Part shown: piece by piece, positions 23,833 to 37,660 of the stretch
Numbering within the stretch: the first letter of the stretch is position 1
Layout: every line of letters starts with the position of its first letter
Origin: Mobula hypostoma
Taxonomy: Eukaryota
NCBI RefSeq assembly: GCF_963921235.1
Contig: NC_086109.1
Coordinates: 16,184,001 to 16,248,000, forward strand
DNA length: 64,000 bases
Direction of reading: 5' to 3'
Notes under the pieces: generated by a model
What the model was told of the DNA's origin: nothing
Databases searched by the model: none
What the model saw: the letters and a program-made list of their open reading frames with translations, nothing else
Program-made: the position numbers and the translations under genes

Positions 23833-26829
23833 AAATATTATCTAGGATCTTTCATAAACACTCAAAAGAGCTAACTAATTTAACATGTCAAACTGATTCA
23901 GTGTTAAATGATGGCACCTCCTCAGTATGGCCCTGAAGATCTGTGTGTGTATGTGCTTCTGGTCAAATCTTATCTGCATCTTTGGCAAGATGTCGCCAAC
24001 CTATCGGTGATACAAGGAAAGTCCACACTTTCCTTGTATAGGTTATAGGAAATAGGTTAATTTCCAAGGCACAAACAACCAAAATATGGAAATAAATAAG
24101 AAAGAAAAATAAAGAATACCCTGGAATACATTTTTTATCTGTTAATATTATTTTATGTCCTGGATGTGATATATGGACTATGTTTTTCACCTTGGTCCCT
24201 GAGGAACTTTGTTTCGTTTAGCTGCATACTTGTGCAAGGTTGATTGACAATAAACTTGAAACTTGAAGCAGACCAAGCAGTATCTGTGGAAAGAAAAGCC
24301 AAATTATTGTTTCAGATCAAACTCGTGAAGGGTCTTTAATCTGAAACAATAACTGTTTATTTTCCCATGCATTCTTCCTGATCTGCGGGGTGTTTCCAGA
24401 ATTTCTTTTATTTTTATTTCAGATTTTCAGCATCCACAATTTTTTCTGTGATTTCCATTGCCATGGAAACGTAGTGGTTCTTTACCATCCCAGTAATACA
24501 GTGGGATTATCCTCACTAGAAGGACAGGGTGACTCACTTTACTTTTGCTTATAAATGGATAATCAATTTTTATTTTGCTAGGTAATGACCACAATGTAAA
24601 AAATAAAATTTTTAAAAACTATTCAAAGCACAGGGTGATCCTAATCCATCACTCATAGTCCATCCACATTGTTGCACTTGCTGTGTTTCACATGAATTTG
24701 CACTCTCTAATGGAGATAAGGGATCTATCTGCGTTGTATCTTGAAGAAACAGAACTCTCTACTGTCCTGGTCAATATTTATCCACTCAGCCACTATCAGG
24801 AACCTCTGATAGTCTTCACCACTTTGGCCTCTTCTGACTCCTTTATCTTAACAACCTTATCTTTACAAATGGACATTTGTCCTCTCACACCTCCATCCCA
24901 CATCAAGATGGTCAGAGAGTCATGAAGTCGTGGAGTCACGAAATCATGGAGCTGAGCCACCGTGGAAAATTTCACTCACCACAACTCTGAACTGATTGTA
25001 TGATCGACAGACTCACTTTCAAGGACTCTTTGCAACTCACGTCCTCTGTATTACTTTTGGTTTGCACAGTTTGTTTTCTTTTACACATTGGTCATTTTCA
25101 GTCTTTGTTTATACATAGTTTTTGAATATTTTTTGCATTTTTTATGTTTTCTGCAAATGCCGGCAAGAAAATGAATGTCAAGGAGGTATATGGTGACATG
25201 GGTGTACTTTGATAATTACTTACCTAGAACTTTTGAACTTCAATGCACAGAACAGGACTTCTAATAAATTGACTTTGAACTATTGAACAACGCCACACAG
25301 AAACAGGCCTTTTGGCTCGCCAAGTCAACGATGACCATCAAACCATTGACACCAATTAAATATTAATATCATGTTTTCATTAACCTCTCAGATTCACCAC
25401 TCACCTACACACCAAAGACAAATTACAGCAGCCAATTATCCAACCCACCTCTACGTCCTTGGGTTATGGGATGAAATCCATACTCAGGGAGAATGTGCAA
25501 ACTCCAGACAGCACCTAGAGTCAGGATTGAACTCTCCACTGGCCCTCCGCTTCTTCCTTGAAAAGAGGCCCAATTAGTTCCTCTACCGACGCACTTGCTC
25601 TAAATTTGAACAACTTCCCCCTCATCTGCACTCACTTTCTCAAGAACAATGGTGGATCTAAGAGCACATATATGTGCCAGTCATTAGTGGGATACTGAAA
25701 TAGTCTTCATTTCAGTCCTACCCAGACCTGCTCGCTGAACTCTTTGTCCTGTACATCAATGGCTGCATTGGTGTGCCTTCCTGTATTCATACAGAACCCA
25801 ACAATTTCATTTCTGGATCTTTTCCCCACTCTCTTGGGGCTTTCGGCAAAATCTCTTGGACCTGAAATATCAGTTCTGTTTCTCTTCCCATGGATGCTGA
25901 CTGGCCTACTGAGTATTTTTAGAATTTTCTGCTTTTGTTTTAGATTTAGAACACAGAACAGTACAAAACAGTACAGGGCCTTCAGCTCATGATGTTGTCC
26001 TGACACTTTAATCTACTCTAAGATCAATCTAACCCTTTCCTCCTCCATAGCCTTCCGTTGTTCTTTCATCCATGTTACTACCCCCAGTACTTTACATAAA
26101 TCACCTTAAAATTATACCCTTTCATATTAGCCTGGTTAAAAAAGTCTCTGGTTGTCTACATTACCTGTGCCTCTCACCACCTTGTACATTTCCATCAAAT
26201 CACCTCTCCTTCTTCACTCCAAAGAGAATAGCCCTAGCGTGCTCAGCCTATCCTCATAAGACGTGGTCTCTCACCCAGCCAGATAAATCTCCTCTGCACC
26301 TCTCTGAAGCTTCTACATCCTTCCTATAATGAGGCAACCAGAATATACTTTATACATGGATGTTTTTTATATCTGCAGTTAGATTGGAGGTCCCGGCTAA
26401 CACTAATCTCTTAAAATAAATCACTCGGTTTTCTATGCTCACATTGCTTTTCTTTGTTTCCTTGTGCAGGACACCAATCTCAGAACTAATGTTTCAAAAA
26501 ATCTTAGCAGTATCTTTTAAAAACGTGAAATGTGGACTTAGTGACAAGTGGGGAGAATTTATTTTCATTTTAAACATTTATTGTATTAACTTGGATTTAG
26601 AATTAAATTCTTTTCAGCTTCTGGTTTTAAATTGTAGTGATAAACATGTAGCTTTATTCTCCTAGGTAACTGGGTAATAAGCTAATAAATCAGGTTACAA
26701 AGAAGAATTGATGCTGGGGAATATAAATCTGAAGACACAAAGATGAAAGCAGAACCTTCTTTTAAGCACAGTATCCTGTGAGTCCACCATGTTCATGCAG
26801 ACTATCAAACACACTTGTCCCATAGAAGT

Positions 26830-27242
26830 GTGCTCAGTGCACACCTTATTAGGTACAGGAGTGGAAGCCAGTGTGGTCTTCCGCTGCTGTAACCTATCCA
26901 CTCCAAGGTTTGACGTGCTGTGTGTGTGAGGGATGAACAGCACTGTGGTTATTTGAGTTATTGAATCAGTCTAGCCATTCTCCTCCGACCTCTCGGTTAG
27001 CAAATTGTTTTTACCCACAGAACTGGAAGTTTTTTGAGAAACCACCCTAACTGCCACCAACAATCACTCCACGCTCAAAGTCACGGATCACATTTCTTCT
27101 CCCATTCTGATGTTTGGTCTGAACAACAACTGAACCTCTTGACCATGTCTGCAAACTTTTATGCATTGAGTTGCAACCACATGATTGGCTGATTAGGTAT
27201 TTGCATTACCAAGCAGATATACAGGTGGACACTGAGTGTGTA
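26830..27242. mobile_element. Second copy of Tc1-type MITE (internally deleted)
   Basis: Colinear similarity to 11252-12012. Confidence 0.7.
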
Positions 27243-27416
27243 GGCCTTAGTGATTCAACTGCTCGTCTAGGTTTTGTTCAAATATCACGAGAGTCTTTTC
27301 AACCACCATGCTCTCAGACAATGTATTCCAGATTCCATCTGCCCTCTGGCTGGAAAAACAGTTCTTCCTCAGATCCCCACTAAAACTCTTACTCCATATC
27401 CTAATCTATAAAGATT

Positions 27417-27710
27417 AAAGATTGGATTTATTCATCACACGTACATCAAGACATACAGTAAAATGTGCTGGGGGCAGCTCGCAAGTGTGTCATGCCTCTG
27501 GCTCATAGCATGTCCATAATTTACTCACCCTAACAATACAACTTTGGAATGTGGGAGGAAGCCAGGGCACCAGGAAGAAACCCACACGATCACCGCACAA
27601 ACGATCAAGGAAGTACGAACTCCTTACGGACACCGGCGGGAACTGAACGCCGTTCGGCGATCGCAGGTGCTGTGAAATGTTGTGCTAACTGCCGCACTAC
27701 CGTGCTGACC
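27417..27710 (-). mobile_element. tRNA-derived V-SINE-like element
   Basis: Reverse strand has A/B-box-like head and the core ggtttcttcctggtgccctggcttcctcccacattccaaag. Related copies occur at about 45250-45550, 49580-49850, 50040-50335, 54470-54650, 62190-62450 and 62620-62910. Confidence 0.7.
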
Positions 27711-30219
27711 ACTTCTTTGCTACATAATGCAGCTGTAACAAGTTGAACACCTTTGGGATTCAGCGTGATTGTATTTGTTGAAAATAAACTGCAGTTGCCG
27801 CAAACTTGAATCAAAAACAGAAAATTCTGGAAAAATTCAGCAGTGAAGGCCACATGTATAGGATGAAAAATGGAGCTAACATCTCAGGGCAAAAATGTAG
27901 CATTGTTTATTTTCATTGGTCTGTCACTTGAGGAATTTCCTCTCAGGAATGAAATCTAAGATTTGGACTCTGTCACGTATCAGGGAAAGTTATCACTTTT
28001 GGCTAAGAAAGGTCACGTGCGCGCTCTCCTTTCTCAGTAAATAAATTTAGCATGTTGCTTTTCATCTTTTGTACTACTTATTTACGTTTCAACTCATACA
28101 ATTTTTATGTCTTTCACTGGACTGCTGCTGGAAAAGGACAAATTTCACAGTGCACGTAGGGGATAATAAACCTGATTCTGACTCTCTGATCCTTGCCAAT
28201 ATTCATTGTTGCACCGCAGAAAACATCCCCTCAGCACACGTCACAGCTTGGCATATCAAACGCTCTGCCCGAGGCCACAAAGAAAACCGCAGAGAGTTGT
28301 GGACATGGCTCAGCACATCACAAAAATGAGCCTCCCCTCCATGGACTCTTGTTGACACTTCAGTAAAGTGCCAGCACAATTGAAGACCCCTCCCATGCCC
28401 GGCTTTATGTTGTCTCTCCCCTCCTATTGTGCAGAAGATACAAAAGCCTGAAGTCTCCAGATTGAAGGGGTGCTATCAGACAATTGAATTGTCCTCTGGT
28501 ATAATTAGATGGACTCTTGATCTCACAAGCTACCTCATTAAATCCTTTTACTGTCTGCCTCCACTGCACTTTCTCTGTAACTGTAACATTTTATTCTGCA
28601 TTCTGCTATTACTTTTCCCCGTACTACCTCAGTGCACTATTGTAATGAAATGGTCTGTATGGGCGGCATGTAAAACGAGTGTTACTGCAGCAGCAAGAAA
28701 GAGCACAAGGGTGGGAATTCAACATTCCACGATGCTTAACATTTAGTATTTGTCAAAATGGAAACGGAGGGGAGAGGATAACCCTAAGTTAATGAATTGG
28801 ATTAAGGATGGTCAGGCTGAAGAAATCTGGTTCTGAACATCAAGGAATGGAATCAGTATGGATCGTGCTAGGAAACAGCAAGAGGCAGAAAGCATTGGTG
28901 GCAATGATCGTGATGATATGGACCCCCATTTGGAGAATTGAATTGATATGAGGGGAAAGGGTGATACTTAAAGCCTGTTGTTATTTATAATCTTGTGGGC
29001 CAGTGTGGACCCTCTCAAAATGCTGAAGAAAGAAGGCAGGTGTCCTTCTCCATTGTAAGAAGTTTAAGTGGTAAGGTTACTATCATATTGTCATATGTGC
29101 AAGTACACATATGCACAGAAGCAATGACAAAACTTACTTGAAACAGCACCACAGATACATAACATCACATACACAACGTTCACAAGAAAAAAACATGTTA
29201 ATCATAAAATTACACATAATTTTTACAGGAAATAACACAACTAGGACACAAAATGCAAAGAATGCTATAACATAGTCAAAAAGGTCATAGTTTTGCCACA
29301 CTAAGGTAATTATTTGGGTTCTGCAGGTTGGTTGAAGAACTGAATGGTTAAACTACTCTTAAAACATCTGGTGTGTGACTTCAGGCTTCTGTACCTCCTG
29401 CCCAATGGCAGCTGTGAGAAGATGGCATAGCCCGGATAGTGGGGGTCATGGATGGGTCATACTACCAAAAAAGGGATCCCATGATGCAATTGTGCTGAAT
29501 CCACTACTCTCTGCAGCTACTGCCATTCCTGCACGTTTGAACTGTCATACCAATGCACATCTGTAGAACTTTCTTAGAGAATTCAGTCCCATGCCAAGCC
29601 TGCTTAAACTTCTAAGAAAATAAAAACACTAGCACACCTTCTTTGTGACTGCATCAAGTCATCTCATATGTTAACGTCCAGGAATTTAAAGCTGCTGATC
29701 CTCTTTACTGCCAATCCATCAATGTGAACAAGCACACATTCGCCCTTGATCATCTGATCATCTGTCTTTTTGCTATATAGTTTCCTCATGTCTGAGGTCA
29801 AGAGGCTGAAAGGTTCGATCCATGTTAATTACCAGCAAAAGATGCATGAGGAAATCTCTCACTATGAACACCCTTCCATCTATCTCTGCAAAAGGATATT
29901 GATTATTGGTTCACGTGGACACAGGCAGAGCTGAGTTGCTGTGATATAGAGATAAATGCGCTGAATGAACTCAGAAGAATTTAATGAAGTCATGATTCAA
30001 TGAGACCTATTTTCTAAATGAGCTTTAGTTTTATCTATTTCTACCCCATCTCATTTTTTCTTCACTCCCCTCATTCAGCAGAGATTTCCTACATCACAGC
30101 TGTGTTAGCCTTAAGGCACTTATTTGACTTTGTTGGGCCTACGCTTTAAATGATTTGTTTGAAACTATTTTCTAGTTAAATTTTAAGGTTGAGAATTATG
30201 TTACAGTCTAACAAAGGTA

Positions 30220-30990
30220 AATTCATTGTCTATGGTATATGGTGGCATGTGATGACATCACCTCTGGTTTCGCCACATCTTATGTGTAACTTCCAGTTCG
30301 GAGAAGGTGAGAAGGTGGGTGCCATGCATGCAGCATGATCGTGAAGAGCTCTGTGTCTACCCACAAAGAAACATTATAGAAGCAACGCCGCAAGTTCATA
30401 AGAAAGTATTTGAAGTAAAAATATTAATGCGACGCGCTTTTTGTTAAGGGAAGCGGCGCATGTGTCAGCTTTTCAATTTCAAACGCGAGGTGGGCTTGGG
30501 AGAAGAAGAGAGCGCGCGTAGTTTCTAGAATAAAACAGACGCTGTATATGTTTGTATTTTTTTATCAACAGTTTTTACCATATGATGTTAATGTGGAAGA
30601 GTGAACAGTAAATGGTTAACCTTACTACGACTCTGTCTTCATTGGCTCCGGTTTAACTCGGTGTTTAGTCAGAGTTTCAACACACTGCATGAGAACACTA
30701 CAGCAGCCCTTCACAAACGCCATTAAAGGGTTTCGTGAATCAGTTCTGTTTGTGGCATCTTGCTGTAGACAGACTGCCTGCCGTTCTCCCCCAGAGTACA
30801 GCAGTCCCACGTGTGACTCTGATCTGTAGGAATGCACCTTTGCTTGTCTTCCTTCACGCACCATGTCCCCGTTGATGCTTAGTAACCAAGACAAGTTATC
30901 CCTCCCTGCTGACTGCTGGAGGAAAGCAATTGAATCATAGAGATGCATCGCATGCTTATGCTGTCAGAAATAAACTTTGAGTCTCTGACA
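30220..30990. other. Unclassified CpG-richer block, probably a repeat
   Basis: Local CpG enrichment (gacgcgc, agcgcgcg) in a CpG-poor background. No family motif or TSD identified. Confidence 0.3.
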
Positions 30991-32100
30991 GTCAGCCCAG
31001 ATAATGTTGACCATTTGTAAACCTGCAAGGATGATAGATTAGAAGTCATCTGGTTTAGACCATAAGATATCAGAGCAGAATTAGACCATTTGGCCCATCA
31101 AGTCTGCTCTGCCATTTGATCATGGCTGTCTTATTATCCTTCCCAATACCATTCTCCTACCTTCTCCTCGTAACCTTTGATGCCCTGCCAAATCAGAAAC
31201 CTATCAAATTCCACTTCAAATATACTCAATGTCTCAGCCTCCACATACTCACTATTCTCTGGCTAAAGAAATTGCTCCTCATCTCCTTTCTAAATGGACC
31301 TCCCTCTATTATGAGGCTGCGCTCTCTGATTCTAGACTCAGCCACTATCTGAAACATTTTCTCCACATCTATTCTATCTAGGCCTTTCAGTGTTCAACAG
31401 GATTCAATGAGAATTCCCACCCCCCAATACTTGTAAACTCCAGCGAGTACAAGCCCAGAGTCATAAAATGCTCCTCATATATTCATCCTTTTATTTCCAG
31501 AATCATTCACATGATCCTCCTCTAGATCATCTTCAATGCCAGCACATCTCTTCTTAGAAAAAGGGCCCAAATCTGCTCACAATACTCAAAGTGCAGTCTC
31601 ACCAATGACTTATAAAGCCTTAGCATCACATCCTTGCACTTATATTCTAGTTGCCTTAAAATGAATGCTAACATTGCATTTCCCTCCCTCACTACTGACT
31701 CAACCTGCAAGTTAACCTTTAGGGAATCCTGCACAAGAACTCCAATTCTTCTTACACCTCTGATTTTTAAATTTTCTCTCTATTTAGAAAATATTCTATG
31801 TCTTTATTCCTTCTACCAAAGTGCATGATCATACACATCCCTACACTACATTCCATCTGCCACTTCTCTGCCCATTCTCCCAATCTGTCTATGTCCTTCT
31901 GCAGACTCTGATTTCTCAACACTATCTGCCCCTCCATCTGTCTTCGTATAGTCCACAAACTTGCCCACAGAGCCATCAATTCCTTCATCCAAATCATTGA
32001 CATATAACAGGAAAAAAAGTAGTCCCAACATGGACCCCTGCGAAACACCCACAGATGACCAGAAAAGGCCCCCTCTGCTCCCACTCTTTGCTTTCTGACA

Positions 32101-32706
32101 CTTAATACTTTGTTGTCACCAAACAATTGATACTAGAACGTACAATCATCATAGTGATATTTGATTCTGCGCTTCCCGCTCCCTAGATTACAAATATTAA
32201 ATATTAAAAATAGTAAAATTAGTAAATATTAATAATTTAAATTATAAATCATAAATAGAAAATAGAAAAATGGAAAGTAAGGTAGTGCAAAAAAAACCGA
32301 GAGGCAGGTCCGGATATTTGGAGGGTACGGCCCAGATCCGGGTCAGGATCCATTCAGCAGTCTTATCACAGTTGGAAAGAAGCTGTTCCCAAATCTGGCC
32401 GTACGAGTCTTCAAGCTCCTGAACCTTCTCCTGGAGGGAAGAGGGACGAAAGGTGTGTTGGCTGGTTGGGTCGTGTCCTTGATTATCCTGGCAGCACTGC
32501 TCCGACAGCGTGCGGTGTGAAGTGAGTCCAAGGACGGAAGATTGGTTTGTGTGATGTGCTGCACCATGTTCACGATCTTCTGCAGCTTCTTCCGGTCTTG
32601 GACAGGGCAACTTCCATACCAGGTTGTGATGCACCCTAGAAGAATGCTTTCTACAGTGCATCTGTAAAAATTAGTGAGGGTTTTAGGGGACGGACCAATT
32701 CGCATA
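32101..32706 (-). mobile_element. Young 5'-truncated Rex/Babar-like LINE in the CR1
   Basis: Open ORF TNFYRCTVESILLGCITTWYG...NSFFPTVIRLLN plus 3' UTR. CR1 sequence resumes on both sides. Confidence 0.88.
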
Positions 32707-33058
32707 CAGTCAGTCAGTCAATCTTCAATCCATGCTAGTATTTTTCATGTAATACCATAGGCTTGTATCTTGTTAAACAGCCTCATTTGTGGCATCTTAT
32801 CAAATGCCTTCTGAAAATCAAAGTAACTAACATCCATTGACTTTCCTTTGTCTATCCTGCCTGTTATTTCCTCAAAGAATTCCAACTGATTTGTCAGGAA
32901 AGATTTCCCCTGAAGGAAACCATGCAGGTTCAGCGTATTTTATCATGTGCCTCCAAGTACCCAGAAAGCTTTTCCTTAATAATGACTCCCTAAATCGCTG
33001 CATGATGGCATAGAGGTTAGCACAACACTTCACAGTAACAGTGACCTGGATTCAATTT

Positions 33059-35169
33059 CTGAACGCACTGCCCTCCACTCTCTCCGTACTAATCCAAACC
33101 TCACCATCAAACTTGCTGACAAAGGTGGTGCCGTAGTAGTCTGGCGGATGGACCTCTACCTCACTGAGGCCAAACAGCAGCTCTCTGACACCTCCTCTTA
33201 CTTACCCCTGGAACAGGACCCCACCAAAAAACATCAAACCATTGTCTCCCGCACAATCACCGCCCTTATCAACTCCGGAGACCTTCCATCCTCAGCTGCT
33301 AAACTCATTATTCCCACACCCCGTACCGCTTGGTTTTACCTCCTCCCAAAGATACACAAGCCTGACTGTCCCAGTAGACCCATAGTTTCTGCCTGCTCCT
33401 GTCCCTCCGAACTTGTATCTGCCTACCTGGACTCCATTTTGTCACCCATAGTTCAGCCCTCCCCACCTACATCCAGGATACATCCCACGCCCTCCACCTC
33501 TTCAATAACTTCCCGTTCCCCGGTCCCAACCGCTTTATTCTTACTATGGATGTCCAATCCTTATACACCTCCATTCCCCATCAAGAAGGCCTCAAAACCC
33601 TCCGCTACTTCCTGGATAATAGACCTCACCAGTTCCCCACCACCACTACCCTCCTCCGGTTGGCAGAACTGGTTCTCACACTTAATAACTTCTCATTTGG
33701 CTCTTCCCACTTTCTTCAGACTAAGGGTGTAGCTATGGGAACTTGCATGGGACCCAGCTACGCCTGCCTCTTCGTTGATTATGTGGAACAGTCTGTGCTC
33801 CAAACCTATTCTGGTACTGCTCCCCAACTTTTCCTTCGATACATTGACGACTACATTGGTGCTGCTTCCTGCACCCATGCTGAGCTCATCAATTTCATCG
33901 ACTTTACTTCAAACTTCCACCCAGCCCTCAAATTCACTTGGTCTATCTCTGACACTTCTCTCCCCTTTCTCGATGTCTCTGTCTCCATCTCTGGAGACAG
34001 ACTGTCCACTGACATCTTCTACAAGCCTACTGACTCTCATAACTACCTCAACTATACCTCTTCCCACCCCGCCACATGCAAAAGTGCCATTTTCTATTCC
34101 TTGTTCCTCCATCACCGCCGCATTTTCTCCCAGGATGAGGCTTTCCATTCCAGGACATCTCAAATGTCCTCTTTCTTTAAGGATCGTGGTTTCCCTTCTA
34201 TGGTGATCAATGATGCCCTCACCCGCATCTCCTCCATTTCCCGCACTTCGGCCCTCACCCCATCTTCCTGCCGCCACAACAGGGACAGAGTTCCCCCTGT
34301 CTTCACCTACCACCCCACCAGCCTCCGGATCCAGCACATTATCCTCCACAACTTCCGCCAGCTTCAACAGGACCCCACGATGAAGCGCATCTTTCCCTCT
34401 CCACCCCTCTCCGCTTTCTGTAGGGATTGATCCCTCCGCAACTCACTTATCCGCGCGTCCATCCCCACGGATCTCCCACTCGGCACTTATCTCTGTAAGC
34501 GTAAGTGCTACACCTGTCCCTACACCTCCTCTCTTGCCACCATTCAGGGCCCCAAACAGTCCTTCCGGGTGAGGCAACACTTCACTTGCGAATCTGTTGG
34601 GGTCATCTATTGCATCCGGTGCTCCCGGTGCGGCCTCCTCTACATCGGTGAAACCCGACGCAGAGTGGGGGACCACTTCATCGAGCACCTCCACTCCGTC
34701 CGCCACAACAGACAGGATCTCCCGGTTGCCACCCACTTCAACTCTGCTTCCCATTCCCATTCAGATATGTCCATACATAGCCTCCTCTACTGCCATGATG
34801 AGGCTAAACTCAGGTTGGAGGAGCAACACCTCATATACCGTCTAGGTAGTCTCCAGCCCCTTGGTACGAACATAGAATTCTCCAACTTCCGGTAATTCCC
34901 TCCCCCTCCCTTCCTCTATCCCTATTTCACATCACCTCCCTCATAGTTCCACCTCCTTCTACTATTGTTCTCCTGCAAATCATCTCCCTGTTTCCCCTCC
35001 CCCACCCCTTTGTCTTTCATATTATTGTTTTTTTCATCTACCAGCATTCTTCAAACCCTCCCCAAAGTTCTTCCTTCAGTCCTGATGAAGGGTTTCGGCC
35101 CGAAACGTCGACTAATCTTTTCAACTGATGCTTACTGACCTGCTGAGTTCCTCCAGCGCATTGTGAGTG
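33059..35169 (+). mobile_element. Penelope-like element (Neptune-type), 5'-truncated RT + GIY-YIG endonuclease
   Basis: ADKGG, LPKIHK..RPIVS, MDVQSLYTSI, GVAMG and RYIDD motifs; Cys linker CKRKCYTC; VIYCIRC..C..LYIGET. Frameshift near 33460 and stop at 34428-30. TSD ttcaattt at 33051-58 and 35170-77. Confidence 0.95.
35078..35113 (+). ncRNA. Minimal type I hammerhead ribozyme
   Basis: AGUC-CUGAUGA-A-GGGU(UUCG)GCCC-GAAAC-GUC^-GACU. Core, stem I and stem II are intact; stem III is a loopless palindrome. Confidence 0.85.
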
Positions 35170-37660
35170 TTCAATTTGCACTGCTGCCTGTAAGAAATTT
35201 GTACATCCTCCCTGCGCTGTTTGAGTTTCCTTCGGGTGCTCCATTTTCCACCCACAGTCCAAAGATGTACAGGTTGGCAGGTTAATTTGTCATTATAAAT
35301 TGTTCCATGATTGGGCTTGGATCAATTCAGGGGATTACTGGGCGGCAAGGCTCAAAGAGACAGAACGGGCTATTCTATGCTGTTTCTCAATGAATAAATG
35401 AATAAACAAGAACTCACAAAACCACTGAAGTCAGGCTAACTGGCCTATAGTGTCCTTTCTTCTTCCCCCCTCCCCTCTTAAAGAGTGGAGTGACATTTGC
35501 AATTTTCTAGTCCTCCAGAATCTAATGGTTCTTGAAGGATCATTACTAATGCCTCCACAGTCTCTTCAGCTCCCTCCTTCAGAAGCCTGGGTTGTAGTCC
35601 TTCTAGTCCAGTGACTTATCTACCTTCAGTCCTGTCAGCTTCCCAAGCACCTTCTCCTTAATAATAGCAACTACACTCACTTCTGACCCCCTTGAAACTT
35701 TGGAATTTCTGGCATATTGTCAGTGTTTTCAGTGGTGAAGGCTGACGCAAATTCTTATTAAGTTTCTCCACCATTTCTTTGTCCTCCATTACTACCGCTC
35801 CAGTGTCGTTTTCCAGTGGTCTGATATCCACTCTCACCTCTGTTTCACTCTTTATATATCTGAAAAATCTTTTAGTATCCTCTTTTATTAGCCATCTTTC
35901 CTTCATATTTCATCTTTTCTCCCGTTATCGTTATGGCATTTTAGTTGCTTTCTACTGGTTTTTAAAAGCTTCCCAATCCTCTAACTTCCCACTAAATTTT
36001 ACTATTTAATGTGCCCTCTCTTTTGCTTTTATGCTGTCTTTGATTTCGCTTGTCAGCCACGGTTGCCTCATCCTCCCTTTAGAATACTTCTTCTTCTTTA
36101 GGATATATCTATTCTACACTTACCACATTGCCTTCAGAAACTCCAACCACTGCTGTTCTGCCGTCAGCCCTGTTAGTGTCCCTTTCCAATTAACTTTGGC
36201 AAGTTCCTCTCTCACACTATTGTAATTTCCTTTACTCCACTGTAATACTGATATATCTGACTTTATCTTCTTCCTCTAAAACTGTAGCGGGAATTCTATC
36301 ATATTATGATCACTGTGTCCCAAGGGTTCCTTTACCTCAAGCTCCCTAAGCAAATCCAGTTCATTGTACAAACCCAATCCAGAATTATTCAACCACAAGC
36401 TACTCTAAAAAGCCACCTCATCGGCATTCTACAAATTCATTTTTTTAGGACCCAGCACCAACATGATTTTCCTAATCTATCTGCATATTGAAATTCCCCC
36501 CATGACTATAGTAATGTGGCCCTTTTGGTAAGCCTTCTCTATTTCCTGTTGTAATTTGTATCCCACATCCTGGATACTGTTTGGAGGCCTGTATTTAACT
36601 CCCATCAGGGTCATTCTACTCTTGCACTTTCCTAGATCTGCTCACAAGGATTCTGCACTTTCTGATCCTATGGCACTTCTATCTAAGGACTTGATTTCAT
36701 ATTTTACCAACAAAGCCACATCACACCCTCTGACCACCTGCCTGTCCTTTCAATACAATGTGTATCCTTGGATGTTAATCTCCCAGCTCTGATTTTTTCT
36801 TCAGTCACAACTCAAAGATATTCACAATGTTGTACCTGCCAATCTCTAATGGTGCAACAAGATAATCTACAGTATATTAGATGTACACTGTGCACATTCA
36901 AATATAACACCTTCAGCCCTGACATCATCAATCTTTTTGATTATTCCCCCATGTTACACTTCAACTCATCCCACTCAAGGTAATCTTGCCCCATCATCTG
37001 CCTGTCCTTCCTCACAGTCTCACTACACACTGCATTGACTTGTATACCAACTGTCCCATCCTCAACCCTTTCACTCTGGTTCACATCCCCCTGCCAAACT
37101 AGTTTAAACAGTCAAAAGCTGTAGCAAATCAGCCTGAAAGGATGTTGGTCCAGATTTATCCCATCCTTTTTGTACAGGTCATACCTTCCCCAGAAGAGAT
37201 CCCAATGATCTAGAAGTCTGAAACCCTTCCCCCTGGACCAATTACTCAGGCACACATTCATTTGCCAGACCAGCCTATTCTTACCCTCACTGGCGCATGG
37301 CACAAGCAGTAACCCAGGGATTACTACGCTTGAGGTCCTCCTTTTTAGCTTTCTACCTAACTTCCTCCAGGACATTTCCCTTTTCCTACGTACAGGTATG
37401 TCGTTGATACCAATATATACTACAACTTTTGGCTGCTCACCCTCCCCCTTTAGAATCTAGTGGAACCACTCCACGACATGACTGACCCTGGCTCCTGTGA
37501 GGAAAAATATCATCTGGGTGTCTTTTTCACATTCCCAGAATCTCCTGTCCGCTCCTCTAACTATAGAATTTTCAATTGCTACTGCGCTCTTCTTCTCCCC
37601 CTTCCTTCCGAGCCACTGAACCAGACACAGTGCCAAAAACCCAATTCATGTGGCATGTGG

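Larger units (their letters stand above)
32998..35407 (+). mobile_element. V-SINE-like tRNA SINE split by the Penelope element
   Basis: Head with A box (tggcatagagg) and B box (ggattcaatt) at 32998-33058. Core tttccttcgggtgctcc...cccacagtccaaaga and a (aata)n tail at 35170-35407. Confidence 0.8.

Noticed and set aside
26450..26670. Strong-looking splice acceptor tttccttgtgcag
   Set aside because: No convincing donor or recognisable peptide. A non-coding exon cannot be excluded without RNA data.
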